From the human T2T-CHM13v2.0 reference genome, Homo sapiens, in assembly GCF_009914755.1 (NCBI RefSeq), contig NC_060938.1: a stretch of 64,000 bases of DNA; one strand, written 5' to 3'. Below are positions 47,701-62,700 of this stretch, piece by piece. Under the pieces are notes generated by a model that was given only the letters and a program-made list of their open reading frames with translations, made no database searches and had not been told where the DNA came from. A program made the translations under genes and the position numbers. Each line of letters opens with the position of its first letter. Position 1 is the first letter of the stretch.

Positions 47701-50700
47701 TGGCTGGAGTGCAGTGGCACAATCTCAGCTCACATTTTATTTCACCATTCCATTCCATTTCGTTCCATTCTGTTCCATTCTGCTCCACTCGACTCCACTC
47801 CCTTCCACTCCAGTCCACTCCACTCCACTCCTGTCCACTCCGCATCAATACTCTCCATCCCATTCCATTCCACTCCATTCCACTCCACTGCACTCCACTC
47901 CACTCCATTCCATTACATTCTGTCCCATTAGATTCCATTCCATACCACACCACTCCAGTCCACTCCACTCCATTCCATTCCATACCATTCCATTCCATTC
48001 CATTCCATCCCATCCCATTCCATTCCATCCCATCCCATTCTATTCCATTCCATTCCATTTCTTTCAATTCCACTTCACTGCAATCCATTCCCTTCTTTTG
48101 ACAGGATCTCACTCTGTGACACAAGCTGGAGTGCAAGTAGCACAATCTCATCTCAAATTTCATTTCACCATTCCATTCCACTCCATTCCACTCCAGTGCA
48201 CTCCACTCAACTCCACTCCACTCCACTACACTCCATTCCACTCCATTCCAATCCACTCCATTTGATTCCATTCCTTTCTTTGAGAGAATCTCACTCTGTT
48301 ACCCAGGCTGGAGTGCAGTGGCACAATTTCAGCTCATATTTCATTTCACGAGTCCATTCCATTCTATTCCATTCCATTCTACTCCACTCCAGTCCACTCC
48401 ACTCTGTTCCATTCCATTCCACTCCTCTCCACTCCACTGCAATGCACTCCATTCTGTTCCATCCTATTCCATTCCACTCCACTCCACTCCATTCCATTCC
48501 ATCCCATTCAATTCCACTCCATTCCACTCCACTTCACTCCACTCCATTCCACTCCATCCCATTCAATTCCACTCTATTCCACTCCCATCAACTCCACTCC
48601 ACTCCATTCCATTCCATTCCCTTCCATTCCATTCCTTTCCTTCGACAGGATCTCACTGTCACACCCAGGTTGGAGTGCTGTGGCACAATCTCAGCTCACA
48701 TTTCATTTCACCATTCTATTCCATTTCATTCCATTGCATTCCACTCCATTCCATTGCATTCCTTTCCTTTCCATTCCGTTCAATTCCATTCCATTCCATT
48801 CCATTCCACTCCACTCCACTCCACTCCATTTAACTCCGCTCCATTCTATTCAATTCCACTCCACTCCATTCCACTCCAATACACTCCACTCCACTCGGCT
48901 CCATTCCATTCCATTCCATTCCACTCCATTGCACTCCAGTGCACTCCACTCAACTCCACTCCACTAACCTCCACTCCATTCCATTCCAATCCATCCCATT
49001 CTATTCCACTCTATTCCCCTCCACTCCACTCCCCTCCACTTCACTGCACTTTAATCCAATCCAGTCCACTCTTGTTCACTCCACTCCACTCCATTCCACT
49101 CCATCCCATTCCATTCCACTCCACTCTACTGCACTCCACTCCACTCCATTCTATTCCATTCCACTCCTTTCCACTCCTTTCCTTTCTTTTGACAGGATCT
49201 CACTCTCACACCCCGGCTGGAGTGCCATGGCACAATCTCAGCTCACATTTCATTTCACCATTTTATTCTATTGCATTCCATCGCATTCTATTCCATTCTA
49301 TTCCATTGCATTCCACTACACTCCATTCCACTCCACTCCACTACACTACACTCGAGTCCATTCCATTGCTTTCCATTCCACTCCATTCCACTTCTCTGCA
49401 CTCCAGTCGACTCCACTCCACTCCACTCCACTTCATTCCATTCCAGTCCATCCCATTCTATTCCACTCCATTCCCCTCCACTCCACTTTACTCCACTCCA
49501 GTCCACTCCACTCCACTCCACCCACTCCACTACATTCCATTCCTTTCCATTATTTTCCAATCCATTCCATTCCTTTCCTTTCTTAAGACAGGATCTCACT
49601 CTATCACCCAGGATGGAGTACAGTGGGACAGTCTCAGCTCACATTTCATTTCACCATAGCATTCCATTCCTTTTCATTCCATTCCATTCTTTTAAATTCC
49701 ATTCCATTCCATTCCACTCCACTCCACTTCACTCCACTGCACTCCATTCCATTCTATCCCATTCCATTCCACTCCATTCCACGCCACTCCAATCCACTCC
49801 TTTCCATTCCATCCCATTCCATTCCACTCCAATCCACCCCAATCCACTCCACTCAACTCCACTCCACTCCTATCCACTCCATTCCATTCCACTCCATCCC
49901 ATTCTATTCATGCCAATCCACTCCACTTAACTCCACTCCATTCCATTCCACTACACTCCTTTCCATTCCATTCCTTTCTTTCGACAGGATCTCACTCTGT
50001 CACCCAAGATGGAGTACAGTGGCACAATCTCAGTTCACATTTCATTTCACCATTCCATTGCATTCCATTACATTGCATTCCTTTCCATTCCATTACGTTC
50101 CATTCCACTCCACTCCACTCTTCTGCATTCCATTCCATTCCATTCCATTCCACTGCATTCCATTCCACTCCACACCACTATATCCATTCCACTCTATTCC
50201 ATTCCACTCCAGTCCACTCCACTCCAATCCACGCCACTCCACTCCATGTCATTCCATCCCATTACATTCCACTCCATTCCACTCCACTCCACTCCATTCC
50301 ATTCCATTCTACTCCATTCCATTCCATTCCTTTCTTTTGACTGGATCTCACTCTGTCACCCAGGCTGGAGTGCAGCAACACAATTTCAGTTCACATTTCA
50401 TTTCACCATTCCATTCCATTCCATTCCATTCTATTCCACCCCACTTCACTCCACTCCACTCCATTCCAATCCATCCCACTCCATTCAGCTCCCTTCCACT
50501 CCAGTCCATTCCACACCACTCCACTCCATTCCATTCAACTCCCTTCCACTTCAGTCCACTCCAAACCACTGCACTACATTCCATTCCATCCCATTCCATT
50601 CCACTCCATTCCATTCCACTACATTCCATTCCATTCCATTACACTCCATTCCATTCCATTCCACTACACTCCATTCCATTCCGTTCCACTACATTCCATT

Positions 50701-53700
50701 CCATTCCATTCCATTACACTCCATTCCGTTCCATTCCTTTCTTTCTACAGGATCTCACACTGTCTCCCAGGCTGGAGTACAGTGGCACAATCTCAGCTCA
50801 CATTTCATTTCACCAATCCCTTCCACAGTATTCCATTCCATTCCATTCCACTCCATTCCATTCAATTCCATTCCACTGCACTCCACACCACTCCACTCCA
50901 TTCCATCCGGTTCCATTAGACTCCATTCCACTCAACTCCACTCCATTTCACTCTACTCCATTCCATTACATTCCGTTATACTCCATTCAATTCCATTTCT
51001 TTGTTTTGAGAGGATCTCACTCTGTCACCCAGGCTGGAGTGCAGTGACAAAGTTTCAGTTCACATTTCATTTCACAATTCCAATCCATTCCATTCCTTTC
51101 CATTCCATTCCATTAAATTCCATTCCATTCCATTCTATTCCACTCCATTCCACTCCACTCCAATTCACTCCATTCGATCCCATTCCATTCCACTCCATTC
51201 CACTCCACTCCACTCCTCTCCACTCCATTCCATTCTATTCCATCCATTGCATACCATTCCATTCCCCTCCACTCCACTCCTCTCCACTCCAGTCCACTCC
51301 ACTCCACTCCATTCCACTCCATTCCGTTCCATTGCACTCCATTCCGTTCCATTCCTTTCTTTTGACAGGATCTCACTCTCTCTCCCAGGATGGAGTGCAG
51401 TGGCACAATCTCAGCTCATATTTCGTTTCACCATTCCACTCTACTGCATTCCAATCCATTCCATTTCATTCCATTCCATTCCACTCCACTCCCCTATATA
51501 CATCCCACTCCATTACATTCCATTCCATTACACTCCACTCCACTCCATTCCACTCTATGCCACTCCACTCCATGTCATTCCATCCCATTACATTCCACTC
51601 CATTCCACTCCACTCCACTCCATTCCATTCCATTCCGTTCCATTCCATTCCGTTCCATTCCATTCCATTCCATTCCGTTCCATTCTAATCCATTCCATTT
51701 TATTCCTTTCTTTTGATAGGATCTCACTCTGTCACCCAGGCTGGAGTGCAGTAACGCAATTTCAGTTCACATTTCATTTCACCATTCCATTCCATTCATT
51801 TCCATTCCATTCCATTCCATTCCATTCCATTCCATTCCATTCATTTCCATTCCATTCCATTCCATTCCATTCCATTCATTTCCATTCCATTCCATTCCAT
51901 TCCACTCCACTCCACTCCATTCCATTCCATCCCATTCCATTCAACTCTCTTCCTCTCCATTCCACTCCACACCACTCTAATCCATTCCATTCAACTCCCT
52001 TACACTCCAGTACACTCCACACCACTCAACTCCATTCTATTCAATCCCATTCAATTCCATTCCATTCCACTATACTTCACTCCACTACCCTCCACGCCAT
52101 TCAATTCCACTGGAAACCATTCCATTCCACTCCACTCTACTCCTCTCCACTCCACTCCATTCCATTACATTCGAGTTCATTCCTTTCAATTCCAGTCCAC
52201 TCCACTCCACTACATTCCATTCAATTCCATCCCATCCCATTCCAATCCATTCCATTCCTCTCCATTCTACTGCACTCCACTCTACTCGTCTGCATTCCAT
52301 TCCATTCCTTTCTTTTGACAGCATCTCACTGTGTCACCAAGGCTGGAGTGCAGTGGCACAATCACAGCTCACATTTAATTTCACCATTCCATTCCATTGC
52401 ACTCCAGTGCACTCCACTGTATTCCACTCCACTCCATTCCATTCCATTCCATTCCATTCCATTCCATTCCATTCCACTCCACTCCAGTCCTCTCCATTCC
52501 AATCCATCCCATTCCTTTCCACTCCATTACACATCACTCAACTCCACTCCACTCCAAACCATTACATTCCTTTCCATCCCATTCTATTCCACTCCATTCC
52601 ACTCCACTCCACCCCACTCCTCTCCATTCAATTCCGTTCCTTTCCATTCCACTCCATTCCATTCCATCCCTTTCTTTCGACAGGGTCTCACTGTCTCACA
52701 CAGGCTGGAGTACAGTGGCACAATCTGAGCTCACATTTCATTTCACCTTTCCATTCCATTCCACTCCAATCCACTAAACTCCACTCCACTCCATTCCATT
52801 CCACTCCACTTTTCTCCTCTCCTCTCCATTCCATCCCATTCCATTCCACTCAATACCACTGCACTCCACTCCACTCCGATCCTTTCCATTACATCACATT
52901 GCATTCCACTCCTTTCCGCTCCACTCCACTACATTCCATTCCATTCAATTCCAGTACACTCCATAACATTACTTTCCTTTCTTTCAACAGGATCTCACTC
53001 TGTCACCCAGGCTGGAGTGTAGTGGCACAATCTCAGCTCACATTTCATTTCACCATTCCGTTCCATTCCATTCCATTCCATTCCATTCCTACTCCATTTC
53101 ATTCCACTCCACTCCACTCCACTCCATTTCACTCCATTCGACTCCATTCCACTCCACTCCATTCCACTCCAATCCACTCCACTCCACTCGATTGTATTCC
53201 ACTCCATTCCATTTCATTCCAGTCCATACCATTCCATTCCATTCCACTCCATTCCATTCCACTCCACTCCATTACACTCAGAGCACTCCACTCCATTCGA
53301 CTCCACTCCACTCCATTCCACTCCATTCCTTCCAGTCCACTGCATTCCATTTCACTCCATTCCACTCCATTCCACTCTATTCCACTCCACTCCATTCCAC
53401 TCCACTCCATTCCACTCCACTCCATTTGATTCCACTCCATTCCATTCCACTCCACTCCATTCCATTCCATTATACTCCATTTCGTTCCATTCCTTTATTT
53501 CGACTGGATCTCACTCTGTCACACATACTGGAGTGCAGTGGCACAATCTTAGCTCACATTTAATTTCACCATTCCTTTCCATTTCATTCTATTCCATTCC
53601 ATTGCATTCCACTCCACTTCACTCCACTCCATTCCACTCCACTCCTCTCCACTACACGACTCTACACTCCACTCCATTCCATTTCATTCCATTCCATTCT

Positions 53701-56700
53701 AATGCATTCTGATCCACTCCACTCAACTCCACTCCACTCCGCTCTATTCCATTCCGTTCCATTTTGTTCTATTCTGTTCCATTCCACTCCAATCCTTTCC
53801 ACTACCCTCCTTTCCACTGCACTCCATTTCACTCTACTGCACTCCATTCCACTCCAATCCACTCCAACCCACTCCACTCCACTCCATTACATTCCAATGC
53901 ACTTCATTCCATTCCATTCAATTCCATTCCCGTCCATTCCACTCCATTCCACTCCATTCCACAACACTTCATTCCACTGCAGTCCATTCCACTCCACTCC
54001 AATCCATTCCACTCCATTTCATTCATTTCCACTCCATTCCTTTCCATTCCACTCCACTGCATTCCACTCCACTCCTCTCCACTCCATTCCACTCCACTCT
54101 ACTCCAATCCACTACAGTCCATTCCAGTCCACTCCATTCCATTCCATTCTACTTCGTTCCTTTCCATTCCATTATTTCGACTGGATCTTCCTCTGTCACC
54201 CAGACAGGAGTGCAGTGGCACAATCTTAGCTCACATTTCATTTCCCCTTTCCATTCCATTGCATTCCATTCCATTCCATGTCATTCCATTCCACTCCACT
54301 CCACTCCACTCCACTCTACTCCATTCCGTTCTGTTCCATTCCATTTCATTGCATTCCGATCCATTCCATTCCATTCCTCTCCACTCCATTCCACTCAATT
54401 TCATTCCATGCCACTCAACTCCACTGCAGTCTTCTCCACTTCACTCCACTCCATTCCACTACAATCAACTAAACTCCACTCTACTCCACTCCACTCCATT
54501 CCATTCCATTCCATTCCATGCAACTACACTCCGATCATCTCCACTCAACTCCATTCCACTCCACTCACTCCGTTTCATTCCGTTCCGTTCCAGTTCTTTC
54601 CGTTCCTTTCCATTCCACTCCATTCCATTCCACTCCACTCCAGTCAACTCCACTCCATTTCACTCCATTCCACTCCATTCCACTCTTATCCACTCCACCC
54701 CAATCCACTACACTCCACTCCATTACATTCCACTCCATTCTATTCCATTCCATTGCATTCCATTCCACTCCACTCCATTCCATTCCATTGCACTCCATTC
54801 CACTCCATTCCAAACCATGCCACTCCACTCCACTCCATGTCATTCCATTACATTACATTCCAATCCATTCCACTCCACTCCACTCTATTCCATTCCATTC
54901 CATTCCATTGTACTCCATTCCATTCCTTTCCTTTGACAGGATCTCACTCTGTCACCCAGGCTGGAGTGCAGTAACAGAATTTTAGTTCACATTTCATTTC
55001 ACCGTTCCATTCCATTCCATTCCATTCCATTCCATTCCATTCCATTCCATTTTATTCCACTCCACTCCCCTCCACTCCATTCCATTCCATCCCATTAAAT
55101 TCAACTCCCTTCCACTCCAGTCCACTCCACACCACTCCACTCCATTCCATTCAACTCCCTACCACTTCTGTCCACTCCACACCACTACACTCCATTCCAG
55201 TCCATCGCATTCCATTCCACTCCATTCCACTCCACTATATTCCATTCCATTCTGTGACACTGCATTCCATTCCATTCCTTTTTTTCTACAGGATCTCATC
55301 CTGTCTCCCAGCCTGGAGTGCAGTGGCACAATCTCAGCTCACATTTCATTTCACCATTCCTTTCCACTGCATTCCATTCCATTCCATTCCATTCCATTCC
55401 TTTCCACTCTACTCCACTCCATCATATCCATTCCACTCCTTTCCATTCAATTCCATTCCATTGCACTCCACACCACTCCACTCCATTCCATCCGGTTCCA
55501 TTAGACTCCATTCCACTCAACTCCACTCCATTTCACTTTACTCCATTCCATTACATTCCATTATACTGCAATCAATTCCATTTCTTTGTTTTGAGAGGAT
55601 CTCACTCTGTCACCCAGGCTGGAGTGCAGTGACACAATTTCAGTTCATATTTCATTTCACCATTCCATTCCACTCCATTCCTTTATATTCCATTCCATTG
55701 AATTCCATTCCTTTCCGTTCCATTCCATTCTATTCCACTCCACTCCACTCCAATTCACTCCATTCTATCCCATTTGATTCCACTCCATTCCACTCCACTC
55801 CACTCCTCTCCACTCTATTCCATTCCACTCCATCCATTCCATACCACTCCATTCCCCTCCACTCCATTCCTCTCCACTCCAGTCCCCTCCATTCCACGCC
55901 ACTCCACTCCTCTCCACTCCAGTCCCCTGCACTCCACGCCACTCCACTCCACTCCATTCCACTCCATTCAATTCCATTGCATTCATTCGGTTCCTTTCCT
56001 TTCTTTCGACAGGATCTCACTCTCTCTCCCAGGTTGGAGTTCAGTGGCACAATCACAGCTCACATTTGGTTTCACCATTCCATTCCACTGCATTCCAATC
56101 CGTTCCATTTCATTCCATTCCACTATATCCATTCCACTCCATTCCATTCCATTCCATTCCACTCCTCTCCACTCCATTCCACTCCACGCCACTCCACTCC
56201 ATGTCATTCCATCCCATTACATTCCACTCCATTCCACTCCACTCCACTCCATTCCATTCAATTCCATTCCATTCTAATCCATTCCATTCCATTCCATTCC
56301 ATTCCATTCCATTCCATTCCATTCCAATCCATTCCATCCTATTTCTTTCTTTTGACAGGATCTCACTCTGTCAACCAGGCTGGAGTGCAGTAACACAATT
56401 TCAGTTCACATTTCACATCACCATTCAATTCCGTTCCATTCCTTTCCATTCCTTTCCATTCCACTCCATTCCATTCCATTCCACTCCCCTCCACTCCATT
56501 CCATTCCATCCCATTCCATTCAACTCCCTTCCTCTCCAGTCCACTGCAAACCACTCCACTCTATTCCATTCCATCCTTTCAATTCCACTCAATTCCACTC
56601 CACTTCATTCCACTACCCTCCGCTCAATTCAATTCCACTCGAAACCATTCCATTCCACTCCACTCCACGCCATTCCATTCCATTACATTCCAGTCCATTC

Positions 56701-59700
56701 CATTCCATTCCCGTCCACTCCACTCTGCTACATTCCATTGAATTCCATCCCATCTCATTCCAATCCATCCCATTCCTTTCCACTCCATTCCACATCACTC
56801 AACTCCACTCCACTCCAAACCATTACATTCCTTTCCATCCCATTCCATTCCACTCCATTCCACTCCACTCCACCCCACTCCTCTCCATTCAATTCCGTTC
56901 CTTTCCATTCCACTCCATTCCATTCCATCCCTTTCTTTCGACAGGGTCTCACTGTCTCACACAGACTGGAGCACAGTGGCACAATCTGAGCTCACATTTC
57001 ATTTCACCTTTCCATTCCATTCCACTCCATTCCACTCCAGTCCACTCAACTCCACTCCACTCCATTCCATTCCACTCCACTACACTTTTCTCCTCTCCTC
57101 TCCATTACATCCCATTCCATTCCACTCCATTCCACTGCACTCTACTCCCCTCCGATCCTTTCCATTGAATCACATTGCATTCCACTCCATTCCACTGCAC
57201 TCCACTCCTCTACATTCCGTTCCATTCCATTCCATTCCTTTCTTTCGACAGCATCTCACTCTGTCACACAGTTTGGAGTGCAGTGGCACAATCACATCTC
57301 ACATCTAATTTCACCATTCCATTCCATTCCGTTCCATTACATTGCATTCCAGTGGACTCAACTCCTTTCCACTCCACTCCATTCCATTCCATTCCATTCC
57401 ATTCAATTCCATTCCAATCCACTCCAGTCCTCTCCATTCCAATTCGTCCCATTACATTCCACTCCATTCCACATCACTCCACTCCACTCCACTCAAAACC
57501 ATTACATTCCTTTCCATCCCATTCCATTCCACTCCATTGCACTCCACTCCACTCCATTCAATTCCGTTCCTTTCCATTCCACACCATTCCATTCCATCCT
57601 TTTCTTTCGACAGGGTCTCACTGTCTCACACAGACTGGAGCACAGTGGCACAATCTGAGCTCACATTTCATTTCACCTTTCCATTCCATTCCACTCCATT
57701 CCACTCCAGTCCACTCAATTCCACTCCACTCCATTCCATTCCACTCCACTACACTTTTCTTCTCTCCTCTCCATTCCATCCCATTCCATTCCACTCCATT
57801 CCACTGCACTCTACTCCCCTCCGATCCTTTCCATTGAATCACATTGCATTCCACTCCATTCCACTGTACTCCACTCCACTCCACTCCACTACATTCCATT
57901 CCATTCAATTCCAGTATACTCCATAAAATTACTTTCCTATCTTTCCACAGGATCTCACTCTGTCACCCAGGCTGGAGTGCAGTCGCACAATCTCAGCTCA
58001 CATTTCATTTCACCATTCCGTTCCATTCCATTCCATTCCATTTCATTCCACTCCACTCCACTCCACTCCATTTCACTCCATTCCACTCCATCCCACTCCA
58101 CTCCACTCCATTCCATTGCATTCCAGTCCATTCCATTTCATTCCAATCCAATCCATTACATTCCATTCCACTCCATTCCGCTCCATTCCATTCCAGTCCA
58201 ATCCATTCCACTCAGTGCACTCCACTCCATTCCACTCCACTCCACTCCATTCCACTCCATTCCTTCCATTCCACTCCATTCCATTTCATTCCATTCCAAT
58301 GCATTCCATTCTATTCCACTCCACTCCATTCCATTCCACTCCATTCCATTTCATTCCACTCCATTCCATTCCACTCCACTCCATTCCATTCCATTCTACT
58401 CCATTTCCTTCCATTCCTTTATTTTGACTGGATCTCACTCTGTCACACATACTGGAGTGCAGTGGCACAATCAGTTCACATTTCATTTCACCATTCCATT
58501 CCATTTCATTCTATTCCATTCCATTCCACTCCAGGCCACTACACTACACTCAACTCCACTCCATTTCACTCTACTCCATTCCGTTCTGTTCCATTCCATT
58601 CCGTTCCATTCCATTGCATTCCATTCCATTCCATTCCATTCCATTCCATTCCTCTCGACTCCATTCCGCTCCACTCAATTCCACCCCATTCCACTCAACT
58701 CCCCTGCAGTCCTCTCCACTCCACTCCATTCCACTACAGTCCACTAAACTCTACTCTACTCCACTCAATTTCAATCCATTCCATTCCATTCCATGCAACT
58801 GCACTCCGATCAACTACACTCAACTCCACTCCACTCCACTCACTCCATTTCATTCTGTTCTGTTGCAGCTGTTCCGTTCCTTTCAATTCCACTCAATTGC
58901 ATTCCACTCCACTCCAGTCCACTCCACTCCATTTCACTCCATTCCACTCCTATATACTCCACTCCACTCCAATCCACTCCACTCCACTCCATTACATTCC
59001 ACTCCATTCTTCTCCATTCCTCTCCATTCCATTCCATTCCATTCCATTCCATTCCATTCCACTCCATTCCCCTCTGCTCCACTCCATTCCATTCCACTCC
59101 ACTCCATTCCACTCCACTCCACTCCATTCCACTCCACTCCGTTTCACTAACTCCACTCCACTCCACTCCACTCCATTCCTTGCATTCCAATCTATTCCTT
59201 TTCATTTTATTCCACTCCACTCCACTCCATTCCACTCCACTCCATTCCACTCTACTCCATTCCACTAAGCTCCATTCCATTCCACTCCATTCCATTCCAC
59301 TCTACTCCATTCCATTCCTTTCCTTTCTACTCCCTTCCATTCCATCATTTCGACTGGATCTCACTCTGTCACCCAGACTGGATTGCAGTGGCACAATCTT
59401 AGCACACATTTCATTTCACCATTCCATTCCATTACACTCCACTCAATTACATTCCATTCCACTACACTCCACTACACTCTACTTCCCTCCACTCCATGCC
59501 ACTCCACTCCATTCTACTTGACTCCTTTCCATTCCATTCCATTCAATTCCATTCTATTCCATTCCATTCCAGTGCACTTTTATCCACTCCACTCAACTCC
59601 AATCCACACCTCTCCACTCCTCTCCATTCCATTCCTTTCCATTCCATTCCGTTCTGTTCCATGCCATTTCTTTCCATTCCATTCCATTCCACTCTACTCC

Positions 59701-62700
59701 ATTCCCTTCCACTCCACTCTATTCCATTCCACTCCATTCCATTCCATTCCACTCCACTCCACTCCATTCCATTCCACTCCACTCCATTCCATTCCTTTCC
59801 ATTCCATTCCATTAAATTCCACACCACTCCGATCCACTCCACTCAACTCCACTCCAATCCACTCCACTCCAATCTGTTCCTTTCCATTCCATTCCATTCC
59901 ACTCCTTTCTATTCCACTACAATCCATACCACTCCACTACATTTCTCTCATTTCCATTCCATTACAGTCCACTCGACTCCACTCCAGTACACTCCATTCA
60001 ATTCCATTCCACTCCATTACATTCCAGTCCACTCCATTCCTTTCCATTCCATTCCAATCCATTCCACTCCATTACACTCCACTCCACTCCACTCCACTTC
60101 ATTCCATTCCACTCCAAACCATTACACTCCACTCCACTCCAATCCATTCTACTCCACTACACTCCATTCCATTCCATTCCATCCCTTTCCACTCTACCCC
60201 ACACCACTCCACTCCATTCCATTCCACTCCACTCCATTCCATTGCAATCCATTCCATTCCGTTCCATCCCACTCCACTCTGAACCACTCCACTCAACTCC
60301 ACTGCATTCCACTCCACTCCACTTAGTTCTGTTCTGCTTCTTTCCATTCCGTTCCTTTACATTCCATTCCATTCCATTCCACTCCACTCTGAACCACTCC
60401 ACTTAACTCCACTTCATTCCTGTCCACTCCACTCAGTTCCGTTCTGTTTCTTTCCTTTCCATTCCATTCCGTTTCGTTCCATTACATTCCAATCCCCTTC
60501 ATTCCATTGCAGTCCACATCACTCCACTCCACTCCACTCCATTCCATTCCACTCCACTACACTCCATTCCATTCCACTCTACTCCACACCACTCCACTAC
60601 ACTCCATTCCATTCCATTCCATTCCATTCCATTCCAATCCATTCCATTCCACTCCATTCCATTCAGATCCATTCCATTCCATTCCACTCCACTATGAACC
60701 ACTCCACTCAACTCCACTGCATTCCAGTCCACTCCACTCAGTTCCGTTCTGTTTCTTTCCATTCCGTTACATTCCATTCCATTCCGTTCTATTTCATTCC
60801 AATCCTCTCCATTCCATTACAGTCCATTCCATTCCACTTCACTCCAATCCACTTCACTCCACTCCACTCCACTCCTCTCCACTCAATTTCATTCCACTCC
60901 ATTCCGTTCCATTTCACTCCATTACATTCCATTCCATTGCTCTCCATACCCCTCCATTCCACTCCACTCCATTCTACTCCACTCATCTCCACTCCACTCC
61001 ATTCCACTCCATTACATTCCACTCCATTCCATTCCATTCCATTCCATTCCATTCCATTCCACTCCATTCCATTCCATTCCACTCCATTCCATTCCATTCC
61101 ATTCCATTCCACTCCATTCCATTCCATTCCATTCCACTCCATTCCATTCCATTCCACTCCATTGCTCTCCATTCCACTCCTCTCCATTCCACTCCACTCC
61201 ATTCCACTCCACTCCACTTCATTCCACTCCATGCCATTCCACTCCACTCCTTTCCTTCCCATTCTACTCCATTGCATTCCAGTCCTTTATTTCAAATGAA
61301 TCTCACTCTGTCATCCAGAAAGGAGTGCAGTGGCACAATTTTAGCTCACATTTCATTTCACCATTCTCTTCCATTCCATTCAATTCCACTGCATTCCATT
61401 CTACTCCACTCCTTTCCATTCCACTTCACTCCATTCCACTCTATTCCACTCTACTCCCTTCCATTCCAATCCACTCCACCCCATTCCTTTCCATCCAGTT
61501 GCATTCCATTCAATTCCACTGCACTCCGATCCACTCCACTCTACTCCTCTCCACTCCACTCCACTCCGTTCCTTTCTTTTCCATTCCATTTCATTTCATT
61601 CCATTCCATTCCGTTACATTCCATTTCATTCCACTCTACTCCACTCCATTCCACTTCACACCATTCCACTAAACTCCACACCACTCCACTGCACTCTACT
61701 TCACTCCACTCCATTCCTTTCCATTCCATTCCATTCCACTGCACTCGGTTTCACTCCACTGAACTCCCCTCCATTCCACTCCACTCCACTCCGTTCCATT
61801 CCGTTCCATTCTGTTTCATTCCATTCCACTCCATTCCATTCCTCTCCCCTCCGTATCACTCCACTCCATTTCCCTACATTCCACTCCATTTTACTCGACT
61901 CCTCTCCGATACACTTTACTTCATTCCATTCCAATCCATTCCCTTCCAGTCCACTCCATTCCATTCCATTCCATTCCCCTCCATTCCACTCCATTCCACA
62001 CCACTCCGTTCCACTCCCCTACACTCCACTCCACTCCATTTCATTCCACTCCACTCCATTCTATTCCATTCCATTCCTCTCCACTACATTCCATTCCAAT
62101 CCATCAAATTCCATTCCATTCCACTGCACTGTGACCCACTCCTCTCAATTCCACTCCACTCCATTCCATTCCATTCCACTCCATTCTGTTCCATTCAATT
62201 CCATACCGTTCCATTCCATTCCATTCCACTCCACTCCCTTCCATTCCACTTCATTCCACTCCACTCCCTTCCATTCCACTCCATTCCACTCCACTCCACA
62301 CAACTCCTCACAACTCCAGTCAATTCCACTCAATTCCACCAAACTCCTCTCCACTCACTACACTCCATTCCAGTCCATTTCATTCCATTCAATTCAAGTG
62401 CACTCCGATCCACTCCAATGAACTCCACTCCACTCCACCCCACTCCTTTCCATTCTCTTCCATTCTGTTCCATTCCATTCCAATCCATTCAATTCCACTC
62501 CACTCCATTCCACTCCACTCCATTTCACTACATTCCACTCCATTCCATTGCAATCCACTGCATTCCACTCCACTCCATTCCCTCCCTTTCCACTGCATTC
62601 CATTCCATTAAACTCCACTCCACTCCATTTCACTCCATTCCACTCCACTCCACTCCATTCCACTCCATTCCATTTCACTCCAACCCATTCCATTTCATTT

